Of a stretch of DNA of 35,816 nt, positions 26,945-34,885 are shown piece after piece (the stretch's first letter is position 1; each line of letters opens with the position of its first letter). Origin of the DNA: a virus. Lineage: Duplodnaviria; Caudoviricetes. The notes below the pieces were generated by a model. It searched no databases. It was not told the DNA's origin and saw only the letters and a program-made list of their open reading frames with translations. The stretch spans positions 1 to 35,816 of the IMG/VR virus record IMGVR_UViG_3300026270_000013; one strand, given 5' to 3'. Made by a program: the position numbers and the translations under genes.

Positions 26945-29900
26945 ATGGCACCATTCATGGGAGTATCTGGATTTGGTGGGCCTGGATCAGCTCTTGGGAA
27001 ATATACCCCTGATCCTCGCCTTAACGATACCTATTGGATTGCATCTCTTGAAACTCAGGGTGGAATCCATGCCGTTTCTACACATAGCACTGCTGATCGT
27101 AATGAAGGACGTGGAATAGCAGTTGATAATGCCGATGGTAGTGTTTATGTTTGTGGTCATGAAGTTAGAGGATTTGGGACATATTCACAAACCTACAAGA
27201 ATCTTTATCTCACTAAATTCGATAAAGCAGGAACTCTTCAGTGGCAACGACTAGTTGGTTATAATGTCTACACATCATATCCAGGCGCTGATAATACTGA
27301 AGGTGAAGGACGAGATGTAATTGTTGATAGTAATAGTGATGTTTACGTCTTTGGTGAAGGTCGTATAGATAGCAGATATCATAGCGATTTTTCTCAGCAT
27401 AATCAAGGAATACTTATGGCCAAATATAACTCTTCAGGGGAGATTATATGGCAGAGACACGTTGGTGGAAGACATGGGCAAGATGAAATTACAAATGGTG
27501 TGTTGATTGACGATAGTGATCAGATATATCTTCCCATGACAACTAAATCAATAGGATATAACTCATCGTCGTCAGGAGCCCAAATGATGTATTCAGTAAT
27601 GAATACAGATGGCGTTCAACAATTTGCCCGCGTTCACTATGACCTTCTTAATACTAATGGGAGTGTAGATTATGATATTGCTGGAGTTGAAGTTGATAGT
27701 AATGATAATATTATACTCGTTGGTTTTACTGATGGACAGGCAAATCTTCAAGGTGCGTTTGGTGGAACTGTTGTAAAATTTGCTGCGGGCACAGAGGGCA
27801 GCGTCACTGACCCCAAATTTAAATACGCTATTTACCTCGAAGATAGTTACGGCAAGCAAGATGTAAAGGTATATTCCGTAGCACAGGATAGTTTAGGTAA
27901 TCTTTATGTTGCTGGTACTATAATTTACAGTCAAGGACATTATCAAAGTATTCCTGAAGAGGCATTTATATGTCAGGTTCCATATGATGTTCCTGAGACA
28001 ATTTTTAATACTGACGTAACAGGATTCTGGTGTAAGAGGTTCAGATATTCTGGCTCTATGAAACTTAGATCCACCTTTGAAAATGGTCAAATAAGAGTTG
28101 ATAGTAATGATAATATTGTTGCTGTTGGATCAGTTACAAAAATAGTTAGTGGAGAGAAACAATACTTGATTATGAAATTAGATTCCAGTGGCAATGAAAT
28201 ATGGACACGAACTTTAGATACTTTCCGTACTTCAACTGGTAATTCTGGTCAAGGAAATGTTGAAGATAGTGGTCTGGGATTAGCGATTGATAATCGTGAT
28301 AATATCTATGTAAGTGGTACATATGCAAGAAGCGGTGATAGGGGTACAATGATCGCTAAATTACCTGGCGATGGATCTCTCTATGACTTTCAAAAGGGTA
28401 CTCCCTCATCCCTGTCTAAAATAATTCATGGTGGTAGATACAGATACAGTAATAATGATGGAACTGGTAGTAATACTTATTCATACTATTATGATGAAAT
28501 TGGAGGTGGTGCTAATACATATTATCGGATGCGTGTTAATAATCAAAGTGGTAATGTGAACGACAATTGGAATCACATTTCGGGATATGTATTTCACGGT
28601 GAAACAACCATGTACACTGGTATTGGTTCAATGGGTCATACTGTTAGTGTCCTTCATGATGTTACTCCATCCTCTGCGAGTTATGATTATAGTTTCCCCG
28701 ACGAAGTTTACTATGGTGATGGGACTGTTGGATCTGGAACTACCATATCATTAGGCACTCAAAATTATCATTACAGTGGTGATGGCACCATGCCTGCTGT
28801 GGGTTTAGGCACTGTTCAAAATTGGGATATGTTCTTTGAGTTAAAAAGAGGAAAACTAGATGTAGATGCTAATAGTAGTTCTGGATATGCAATAGGTAAT
28901 AGTGGATATACTCAGACTGATGGATTTATGCTTCAATTCGAGGATAATTTTATAGCCTCAGCTGGCCTATCAGCGAAAGATACGATGACAGCATACAATG
29001 GCGGTAATCAACTGAGAAGCTTAATGCCAGTGTCGTCAACGATTCCAATCTCCACAGAGGAGACTCGTCCAATGAGCGATGATTGGAATTGGTTTAAACT
29101 TGAGTGGCGTGGTGGTACTTCATTTAAAATTTGGCACAAAAAGACCCCAACTGGAAATTATGCCAACTTATTTACTAGCAGAGATAGTAGTCTAATTAGC
29201 AATCAAACTAACTGGGATTATATTAGTATAGGTCAAACAAAACAGCATCCTAATTTTGGTTTACAAAGTAGCAATCAATTTTATGGTAGAATTAGAAACT
29301 TTGGATTAAATGTCAATTCCAACGTGGTTGATCTTTCAGATAATAGAAATATTACAGATCACAAATTATTAGTGCATATAGATGCTAGTAATCCAAATTC
29401 ATATTCTGGTATTGGATCAACTTGCAATAACTTAGCAAGACTTGTTGGTATTGTTACAGATACTCGCAATGTGTATAGTGGCCCAAGCTATCGTGGAGTT
29501 CGTGGATCCTATAGTTATTCTGATGTAGGGATTTGGACTGGTTCTGGACTAGATGGAGCTGGAGTAACAACTTCTCTCAGCAATCATACAACGTTGAATG
29601 GTGTGCCAGTATTTACTAATTTAAGAGCTTTTTCCACAATCCGAGACCTTGCGGTTTATGATACCAACACCTATGCTGGGCCTTTCCAAACACAAGATTT
29701 TTCATATTCAATTTGGTGTTATCCATTATCTACTGATATTGGTAATAATAGAAGATTAATCAATCATCATGAATATGGGCAAGTTGGTGAAGGTTACAGT
29801 TTGCTCATTGATTATAGTGGTTATCTATCTCTGAGAACTCGATATCATGGAACCGAAGTTTCTAGTTACTATGTATCAGCTAACAATTGGTATAATATTT

Positions 29901-30217
29901 GTGCTGTGCATTCAACAGGTAGCACCATAGATTTTTATGTTAATGGCATCAAACGACATACAGGTAGTACAACTTGGCCTTATAATTACTCATTTGATAC
30001 CATAAGTATTGGAGGAGCTGGGATAACTAGTACTTCTAGTGCTAGTGAAGCAGTATGGACTAATGGTGGTAATTATTACGAAAATTTTGATGGCCCGATT
30101 GCTAGTGTGGCTTATTACAGTAGAAGACTTTATGAATCAGAAATTGAATCTAATTATAATAGGAACTGCTCAAAATACGGATTGCCATACCTTAATGCAT
30201 ACAATACCAGTGGTTAA
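26945..30217 (+). CDS. Adhesin/head 5: beta-propeller + central lectin-like domain + C-terminal LamG (1090 aa)
   Basis: SBBP-like repeats ending in AKLPGDGS; a central W.WFKLEW...SIG...F.GRIRNF domain; C-terminal LLVHIDASNPNSYSG / FSYSIW / WYNICAV / FYVNG / FDGPIASV.YY.R.L...EI..NYN. Confidence 0.8.
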   Translation: MAPFMGVSGFGGPGSALGKYTPDPRLNDTYWIASLETQGGIHAVSTHSTADRNEGRGIAVDNADGSVYVCGHEVRGFGTYSQTYKNLYLTKFDKAGTLQWQRLVGYNVYTSYPGADNTEGEGRDVIVDSNSDVYVFGEGRIDSRYHSDFSQHNQGILMAKYNSSGEIIWQRHVGGRHGQDEITNGVLIDDSDQIYLPMTTKSIGYNSSSSGAQMMYSVMNTDGVQQFARVHYDLLNTNGSVDYDIAGVEVDSNDNIILVGFTDGQANLQGAFGGTVVKFAAGTEGSVTDPKFKYAIYLEDSYGKQDVKVYSVAQDSLGNLYVAGTIIYSQGHYQSIPEEAFICQVPYDVPETIFNTDVTGFWCKRFRYSGSMKLRSTFENGQIRVDSNDNIVAVGSVTKIVSGEKQYLIMKLDSSGNEIWTRTLDTFRTSTGNSGQGNVEDSGLGLAIDNRDNIYVSGTYARSGDRGTMIAKLPGDGSLYDFQKGTPSSLSKIIHGGRYRYSNNDGTGSNTYSYYYDEIGGGANTYYRMRVNNQSGNVNDNWNHISGYVFHGETTMYTGIGSMGHTVSVLHDVTPSSASYDYSFPDEVYYGDGTVGSGTTISLGTQNYHYSGDGTMPAVGLGTVQNWDMFFELKRGKLDVDANSSSGYAIGNSGYTQTDGFMLQFEDNFIASAGLSAKDTMTAYNGGNQLRSLMPVSSTIPISTEETRPMSDDWNWFKLEWRGGTSFKIWHKKTPTGNYANLFTSRDSSLISNQTNWDYISIGQTKQHPNFGLQSSNQFYGRIRNFGLNVNSNVVDLSDNRNITDHKLLVHIDASNPNSYSGIGSTCNNLARLVGIVTDTRNVYSGPSYRGVRGSYSYSDVGIWTGSGLDGAGVTTSLSNHTTLNGVPVFTNLRAFSTIRDLAVYDTNTYAGPFQTQDFSYSIWCYPLSTDIGNNRRLINHHEYGQVGEGYSLLIDYSGYLSLRTRYHGTEVSSYYVSANNWYNICAVHSTGSTIDFYVNGIKRHTGSTTWPYNYSFDTISIGGAGITSTSSASEAVWTNGGNYYENFDGPIASVAYYSRRLYESEIESNYNRNCSKYGLPYLNAYNTSG

Positions 30218-30223
30218 TTAAAT

Positions 30224-30268
30224 AACTGTCCACCCGAACTTGACGAGTTACGAGATTAAGTCTATAAT
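30224..30268 (+). promoter_or_regulatory. Early sigma70-like promoter with upstream AACTGTCCAC motif
   Basis: TTGACG (30240-30245) - 17 nt - TATAAT (30263-30268). Confidence 0.8.
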
Positions 30269-30291
30269 AGGCTTAGTTTCGTTTTTTTATT

Positions 30292-30429
30292 ATGAACTCC
30301 AAAGAATCAAATAACCAAAAAGATCCTTTACTAGATGAACTTGCAGAAAGAATCCTAGAAGGCCCAGTTATTTTTACACCTGATGATGAGTTTCTTAGAA
30401 GAGTAGAAGAGAAAGGAAGAGAAGAATAA
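30292..30429 (+). CDS. Small hypothetical protein (45 aa; not in the ORF track)
   Basis: Read manually: MNSKESNNQKDPLLDELAERILEGPVIFTPDDEFLRRVEEKGREE. Directly follows the promoter and fills the gap to 30437. Confidence 0.65.
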   Translation: MNSKESNNQKDPLLDELAERILEGPVIFTPDDEFLRRVEEKGREE

Positions 30430-30436
30430 ATTATCT

Positions 30437-30991
30437 GTGACTAATAAAAAAGATTGGAAAGTCTATTGTGAAAAGACTTTTAATAATTTAAAAGCAAATG
30501 CACATAGATGGAGATCATCAACTAACTGGGATAGAGCCATCACACGAGATTATTATATCGGTGTCTTTGATTGTGGAAATCCAAACCCAACTGGATTGAT
30601 AAGTGAGAATGCTTTTCATAATAAGTTGAGTAAGGCTAAAACAGTACAAGATCATTGTCTATCGCCACAGTTTATTGGTCGAATGATTATGGATAATCAA
30701 CACAAATATCTAAGTGACTACGAGATATTTGAAAAGATATTTTGGTATTCATGTCGAACAATCATAGTCACACAGAAAGAAAATGAGGCACTATCTGATC
30801 TTACATCTAATCGAGATAATAAGTATCAAGTATTAGTTCCCACCAATATGAAGTATAATTCATTGAACATATCATTATATAAGAAACATGAGACTAAAAC
30901 TCAATGGAAACACGCTCAACCAATTGAATCGAATATATTAGACGTGCCTGAAGAATTATTAGAATATGAAAAACAATATCTAGTCAATTAA
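30437..30991 (+). CDS. Hypothetical protein, possible HNH-like (beta-beta-alpha-Me) fold
   Basis: GTG start; QDHCLSPQ...CRTIIVTQKENEAL resembles the DH..P...EN..L pattern. The fold assignment is weak. Confidence 0.55.
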   Translation: MTNKKDWKVYCEKTFNNLKANAHRWRSSTNWDRAITRDYYIGVFDCGNPNPTGLISENAFHNKLSKAKTVQDHCLSPQFIGRMIMDNQHKYLSDYEIFEKIFWYSCRTIIVTQKENEALSDLTSNRDNKYQVLVPTNMKYNSLNISLYKKHETKTQWKHAQPIESNILDVPEELLEYEKQYLVN

Positions 30992-30993
30992 AA

Positions 30994-31039
30994 AACTGTC
31001 ACATGGGGTGGTTGCTATACTGCCCCATTTTTGTATAAT
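30994..31039 (+). promoter_or_regulatory. Early promoter/stem-loop element
   Basis: AACTGTCACA, then hairpin ATGGGGTGGT/ACTGCCCCAT (31003-31028, two G-T pairs) spanning TTGCTA, then TATAAT 31034-31039. Confidence 0.75.
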
Positions 31040-31063
31040 AGTGTATATACGATTATTACTTGA

Positions 31064-32260
31064 ATGACTCTTACCTTAAGACCACATCAACTTGACGCTG
31101 TAAACGCCATGTCGAACAATACCAAAGGACAAGTCATTGTTCCTACTGGTGGTGGTAAGACTATGTGTATGATTGAAGATGTCAAAAAGTTATTCAGACA
31201 GGATACTCTACCTAAGACAGTTGTAGTTGTTGCTCCTCGTATCCTACTCGCTAACCAATTATCATCTGAGTTTCTAGAGCAGAATCTTGATGGTTATTAT
31301 AATCAAGGTGTCGAGGTTATTCATGTTCATAGTGGAGAGACACATCATAAGAGTACAACTAAGACAGATCAACTTGAGTATTGGTATCACAACAGCACAG
31401 ATCATATACTAATCTTTACTACATATCATTCATTACATAAGATACAAGAGTCACTTGATATTGAAGTTGATACTATCTATTTTGATGAGGCACATAATTC
31501 AGTACAGAAAAACTTTTTCCCTGCTACTGAACATTTCTCTCATCTTGCTAAAAGATGTTACTTCTTTACTGCTACACCAAAGCACAGTCGTTCACCTGTC
31601 AAGGCGGGTATGAACTGGCCAGAGTATGGTCAAGTGATATGTCAAGTGCCTGCTCCTGAGTTAGTTAAAGAAGGTTACATATTACCACCAAAAGTTGAAG
31701 TTTATCAGTCAAGAATACTACATAAAGATGAGTTAGTTGCTGATCGTGATTGTGAGCAGATGATTGACTCGATTGATAATCTATCTAAGAAAAAGGTATT
31801 GATATGTGCTAAGTCAACTAAACAAATCATTGCTCTACTATCTCAAACAGATTTCATTCAAGAGTTAGCAGATCGTGGTTATTCTTGGATGACCATCACA
31901 TCTAAAACTGGCGCCATTATTGATGGTGAAAAGGTAGATCGTGAAGAGTTCTTTAATACTCTTAATACTTGGGGCAGAGATACAACTAAAAAGTTTGTAG
32001 TTCTACATCATAGTATTCTATCTGAAGGTATCAATGTCAATGGATTGGAGGCAGTTCTATTTCTAAGAAGTATGGACTACATAGGTATAAGTCAAACTAT
32101 TGGACGTGTGATACGTCTAGGCGACGCCACAAAGACGTTTGGATTAGTTTGCATACCTGTCTATAGCAAAGTTGGAATTACCACTGCCCGCAAAGTTGAG
32201 GCGGTTGTTGACACTGTATTCAACAAAGGCGAACCAGCCATTTCAATAGTAAACAATTAG
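31064..32260 (+). CDS. Superfamily 2 (DEAH) helicase/ATPase, ResIII-like
   Basis: Q motif LRPHQ, Walker A PTGGGKT, Walker B FDEAH, TATP, LSEGINV, QTIGRVIR. Confidence 0.9.
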   Translation: MTLTLRPHQLDAVNAMSNNTKGQVIVPTGGGKTMCMIEDVKKLFRQDTLPKTVVVVAPRILLANQLSSEFLEQNLDGYYNQGVEVIHVHSGETHHKSTTKTDQLEYWYHNSTDHILIFTTYHSLHKIQESLDIEVDTIYFDEAHNSVQKNFFPATEHFSHLAKRCYFFTATPKHSRSPVKAGMNWPEYGQVICQVPAPELVKEGYILPPKVEVYQSRILHKDELVADRDCEQMIDSIDNLSKKKVLICAKSTKQIIALLSQTDFIQELADRGYSWMTITSKTGAIIDGEKVDREEFFNTLNTWGRDTTKKFVVLHHSILSEGINVNGLEAVLFLRSMDYIGISQTIGRVIRLGDATKTFGLVCIPVYSKVGITTARKVEAVVDTVFNKGEPAISIVNN

Positions 32261-32264
32261 TCAA

Positions 32265-32672
32265 ATGAAAGATCAAAACTCAATAGATGTTAAAGAAACA
32301 TCAGCTCAAAAGTATAAGAGAGCATTGGATCTCTTTACTGAGTCAGTGTTAAAACCTGACCACGATTTACGAGGCTGCGCTCATAATCAAGGTTGTTATA
32401 AACAACTTATGGAGATAAGAGAACACGTCTTAGAATATCTTAAGACATTAAAAGAAGTTACACATCACACAAATGCTGATGAGAGTGACGAGTTAGAAAC
32501 TGAAAAATTAATTCATACTAAAAAAGTTTATACTGAGAAGGAATATTGGGAAGGCAAAGTTCCTGATGACCAATTTGAATCATATGTCAAAATGTATGGT
32601 TATGAATACACACCTGTGACAGTTGATAAACCTACACATAGGGGTCGCCATTGTGATCTCGATGCTCTATAA
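32265..32672 (+). CDS. Hypothetical protein
   Basis: 135-aa ORF 4 nt after the helicase; SVLKPD..LR.CAHNQ.CY..LM motif; the 3' end overlaps the next promoter element. Confidence 0.7.
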   Translation: MKDQNSIDVKETSAQKYKRALDLFTESVLKPDHDLRGCAHNQGCYKQLMEIREHVLEYLKTLKEVTHHTNADESDELETEKLIHTKKVYTEKEYWEGKVPDDQFESYVKMYGYEYTPVTVDKPTHRGRHCDLDAL

Positions 32673-32673
32673 T
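32615..32673 (+). promoter_or_regulatory. Early promoter element (TGTGACAGTT...TATAAT)
   Basis: TGTGACAGTTgataaacctaCACA upstream motif; TATAAT 32668-32673. Confidence 0.65.
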
Positions 32674-32679
32674 GATAAT

Positions 32680-32745
32680 GGGAAACAAAACAGGCATTTG
32701 CATAGTTGAAGTAACGTAAGTCCTAGTTTTTGTTTCTCGCACCCT
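32680..32745 (+). ncRNA. Candidate structured RNA leader
   Basis: GGGAAACAAAA (32680-32690) pairs with TTTTGTTTCTC (32728-32738), extended by C-AGG/CCT-G. Begins 7 nt after the -10 box. Family not identified. Confidence 0.4.
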
Positions 32746-32758
32746 ATTATACATAATC

Positions 32759-32965
32759 ATGGACAAAATTAAAGAAGAGTGCATCACTCTAATTGAAAAC
32801 TATTACTGTCAAAGATTAACTGAACTTGTAGATATGAAAATGTATGATGAAGCTCACGCTATCTACGAGGAATTTGCTGTTAAGTCTGTTGATGAGCCTA
32901 TCGAGTGGTTCTTCATGAAAGATGTTGAAGGTGATGATAGTACGAGATCGAAACTAAAAGATTAA
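32759..32965 (+). CDS. Small acidic hypothetical protein, paralog of 35050..35241
   Basis: YY..R...L.D...Y..A.AI..E...K motif is shared with 35050..35241. Confidence 0.7.
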   Translation: MDKIKEECITLIENYYCQRLTELVDMKMYDEAHAIYEEFAVKSVDEPIEWFFMKDVEGDDSTRSKLKD

Positions 32966-32974
32966 AACTAACTC

Positions 32975-33307
32975 ATGAGCATTGCTTACAATCCACGAGT
33001 CAACGACTATGTAGTATGGACTACAGAAATGGGTCAAGTTCATCAAGGTTGGGTATATTTTGTTGCAAGTGAGTGTGAACATAAAAGAGGTTGGCCAAAA
33101 CCTACGAGATATGTCTCTATCGAGATTGATACTAAACCTCGCCCCGAATGTGATTTAAGTACATTTTTTCATAAACGTATTCATGTATGCCTATGCTGTT
33201 ATGAATCAAATTGGCATGAATTAAAATTGGTTAAAAGAAGAAAAAGTAAACATGATGATACAATAGTATGGGAGGCGGAGAAAAAAATTGCTGATGTGAC
33301 AGTTTAA
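32975..33307 (+). CDS. Hypothetical protein (110 aa)
   Basis: Y.P.V.DYV.W......GWVYF...Y.SIE...H..H.CLCCY...W.EL; tightly packed with its neighbours. Confidence 0.7.
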   Translation: MSIAYNPRVNDYVVWTTEMGQVHQGWVYFVASECEHKRGWPKPTRYVSIEIDTKPRPECDLSTFFHKRIHVCLCCYESNWHELKLVKRRKSKHDDTIVWEAEKKIADVTV

Positions 33308-33353
33308 TTAGTGTCTACTAGCTGGATGCCAAGCATAGTGTGTCCATTATAAT
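33295..33353 (+). promoter_or_regulatory. Early promoter/stem-loop element
   Basis: TGTGACAGTTtaattAGTGTCTAC, imperfect hairpin TGGATGC/GTGTCCA, TATAAT 33348-33353. Confidence 0.7.
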
Positions 33354-33383
33354 AAGAATATACAAACGAATTTCTTTTTTATT

Positions 33384-33797
33384 ATGCCACTCTACACATC
33401 ATACAGCGAAGAGACACAAACTCAAATTGAAGAGTTCTTAGAAAATACATTCGGTTGGGATGAAGATCAACTAGTTGATTTTATTGAAAGATTTGGAGAG
33501 CAGAAATTCAAAACAGACTTTGAAGATTATGCTGCTATGGTAGATGATATGGGTGTTGATGTTGTTGAAGCATTCCTAGAGAATTTTGATATTGCTGACG
33601 TATCAAGTTGCCGTGACGCCTATCAAGGTTGTTATAGAAGTGGCGCTGAGTTCGCTGAGCAAATAGCAACCGATTGCGGTGATATTGGCAGAGATATGTC
33701 AGGTTGGATAGAGATAGATTGGGAAAAGAGTTGGGATAATCTAAGTTATGATTATGTAGAGTGTGGCGAGGGTCATATCTTTAGTCAGAATTACTAA
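33384..33797 (+). CDS. ArdA-like antirestriction (DNA-mimic) protein
   Basis: Very acidic 137 aa; C-terminal AYQG.Y.S..EFAE.......WI.IDWE.....L..DY.....GHIF matches the ArdA C-terminal pattern as I know it. Confidence 0.65.
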   Translation: MPLYTSYSEETQTQIEEFLENTFGWDEDQLVDFIERFGEQKFKTDFEDYAAMVDDMGVDVVEAFLENFDIADVSSCRDAYQGCYRSGAEFAEQIATDCGDIGRDMSGWIEIDWEKSWDNLSYDYVECGEGHIFSQNY

Positions 33798-33853
33798 ACC
33801 ACTTTAAAAAGTGGCACACTATCGGTGGATTACTTCTATCCACCGATTATAAT
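33797..33853 (+). promoter_or_regulatory. Early promoter/stem-loop element
   Basis: CCACTTTaaAAAGTGGcaca palindrome, perfect 10-bp stem ATCGGTGGAT/ATCCACCGAT (33821-33847), TATAAT 33848-33853. Confidence 0.8.
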
Positions 33854-33877
33854 AAAGTATATCAAACGAGGTTTTCT

Positions 33878-34171
33878 ATGAACTTAGGTAAAGCATCAAC
33901 CGAACTCAATGATATGTTAACAGACTTTGTTAACTATGTTGATTCATTCTACGGGCTCAATGATCCAATTTATCCTATGACATATAAGGATACTGGTTTA
34001 CCATTGACTAAAGTGGACATCTTAGGCGCTACAGAAAAGTATCTTTCAATGTGTAGTGAGCCTTTACTTCCATATTGCACTTGGGGCGATGGCGACTCAC
34101 TCGATAGAGAAAGAGTTAGAGACATTTTACTTGACGAGTACAACTTAGAAATTAAAGAGTGGCAATCATGA
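33878..34171 (+). CDS. Hypothetical protein (97 aa)
   Basis: GAGG RBS; F..YV.SFYG....YP...WGDGDSLDRERVRDIL motif. Confidence 0.7.
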   Translation: MNLGKASTELNDMLTDFVNYVDSFYGLNDPIYPMTYKDTGLPLTKVDILGATEKYLSMCSEPLLPYCTWGDGDSLDRERVRDILLDEYNLEIKEWQS

Positions 34172-34392
34172 AAACAATTACATTAACTGATGACCAATTT
34201 GACACACTATTTGATCGAATTGATAAAATAGCAAGAACTGTTATTGATGCTTCAGTTGAATATCAAGATTCTGATATGTTGGAAGAGTGGGAAGATTTAC
34301 TTGATGTTCATACAATATTAGAAGAAACAAAAATAGAATATGAAAGAAAATTAGAAAAGGCAAGAGCAAAACAACCAAAGGCAGAGTGGTAA
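34168..34392 (+). CDS. Hypothetical acidic/coiled protein
   Basis: Start re-assigned to ATG 34168 (ATGA overlap with the upstream stop); MKTITLTDDQFDTLF... Confidence 0.65.
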   Translation: MKTITLTDDQFDTLFDRIDKIARTVIDASVEYQDSDMLEEWEDLLDVHTILEETKIEYERKLEKARAKQPKAEW

Positions 34393-34394
34393 CT

Positions 34395-34628
34395 ATGAAG
34401 TATAACGTAACTGACATTGAATTTGATTTTGATGATGATGAAGCAAATACAGTTTGCAATTCTGATTTAGATACTTTTTTCATTGCTTCTAATTATGTTA
34501 GAAGAGAGGTAGTAGAAGAAAATCTTGGCGTATGGGAGGCGGATAGTGAAGATGACTTGATAGAGGAAATTACAGCAGCAGCGGGTTGGTGTATCAAGTC
34601 TATAGATTATGACATTCAATTAAAGTAA
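34395..34628 (+). CDS. Hypothetical acidic protein
   Basis: Start re-assigned to ATG 34395; VTDIEFDF...WEA.SEDDLIEEIT...GWCIKSIDY. Confidence 0.65.
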   Translation: MKYNVTDIEFDFDDDEANTVCNSDLDTFFIASNYVRREVVEENLGVWEADSEDDLIEEITAAAGWCIKSIDYDIQLK

Positions 34629-34632
34629 AACT

Positions 34633-34812
34633 ATGAAAAAATTTATCTTTGAAGAGAAATTCATTTCTTATGCTAATGTTGAAATCTATGCTGAGAATGA
34701 AGAAGATGCTCGCCTACAGTTTCAAAATGGAAACTATCAATATTATGATATATCAGATTTTACTGAAGGGCATGAACTAATTGGAATTACGGAGGAAGTT
34801 TGTGACAGTTAA
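34633..34812 (+). CDS. Small hypothetical protein (59 aa; not in the ORF track)
   Basis: Read manually: MKKFIFEEKFISYANVEIYAENEEDARLQFQNGNYQYYDISDFTEGHELIGITEEVCDS. Confidence 0.65.
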   Translation: MKKFIFEEKFISYANVEIYAENEEDARLQFQNGNYQYYDISDFTEGHELIGITEEVCDS

Positions 34813-34860
34813 ATTAGTGTCACATTGGCTGGTTGTTTTATTGCCAGTATTGACTATCAT
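34801..34860 (+). promoter_or_regulatory. Early promoter/stem-loop element
   Basis: Inverted repeat TGTGACA-N10-TGTCACA (34801-34824), hairpin CTGGT/GCCAG around TTGTTT, -10 TATCAT 34855-34860. Confidence 0.7.
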
Positions 34861-34885
34861 TATAGTATAACAAACAAATTTCATT

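Noticed and set aside
31064-32260. Naming the helicase uvsW or a type III restriction subunit
   Set aside because: Only generic SF2 motifs are visible; there is no nuclease domain or mod gene, and orthology cannot be shown without a search.
32680-32745. Hairpin as an intrinsic terminator or tRNA
   Set aside because: No U-tract after the stem on the + strand, it lies right after a -10 box, and no cloverleaf/T-loop is evident.
1714-34483. Many minus-strand and alternate-frame ORFs of 60-155 aa in the ORF track
   Set aside because: They lie within or across longer + strand genes, look like antisense shadows of Gly/Thr/Val-rich codons, and lack RBS/promoter support.
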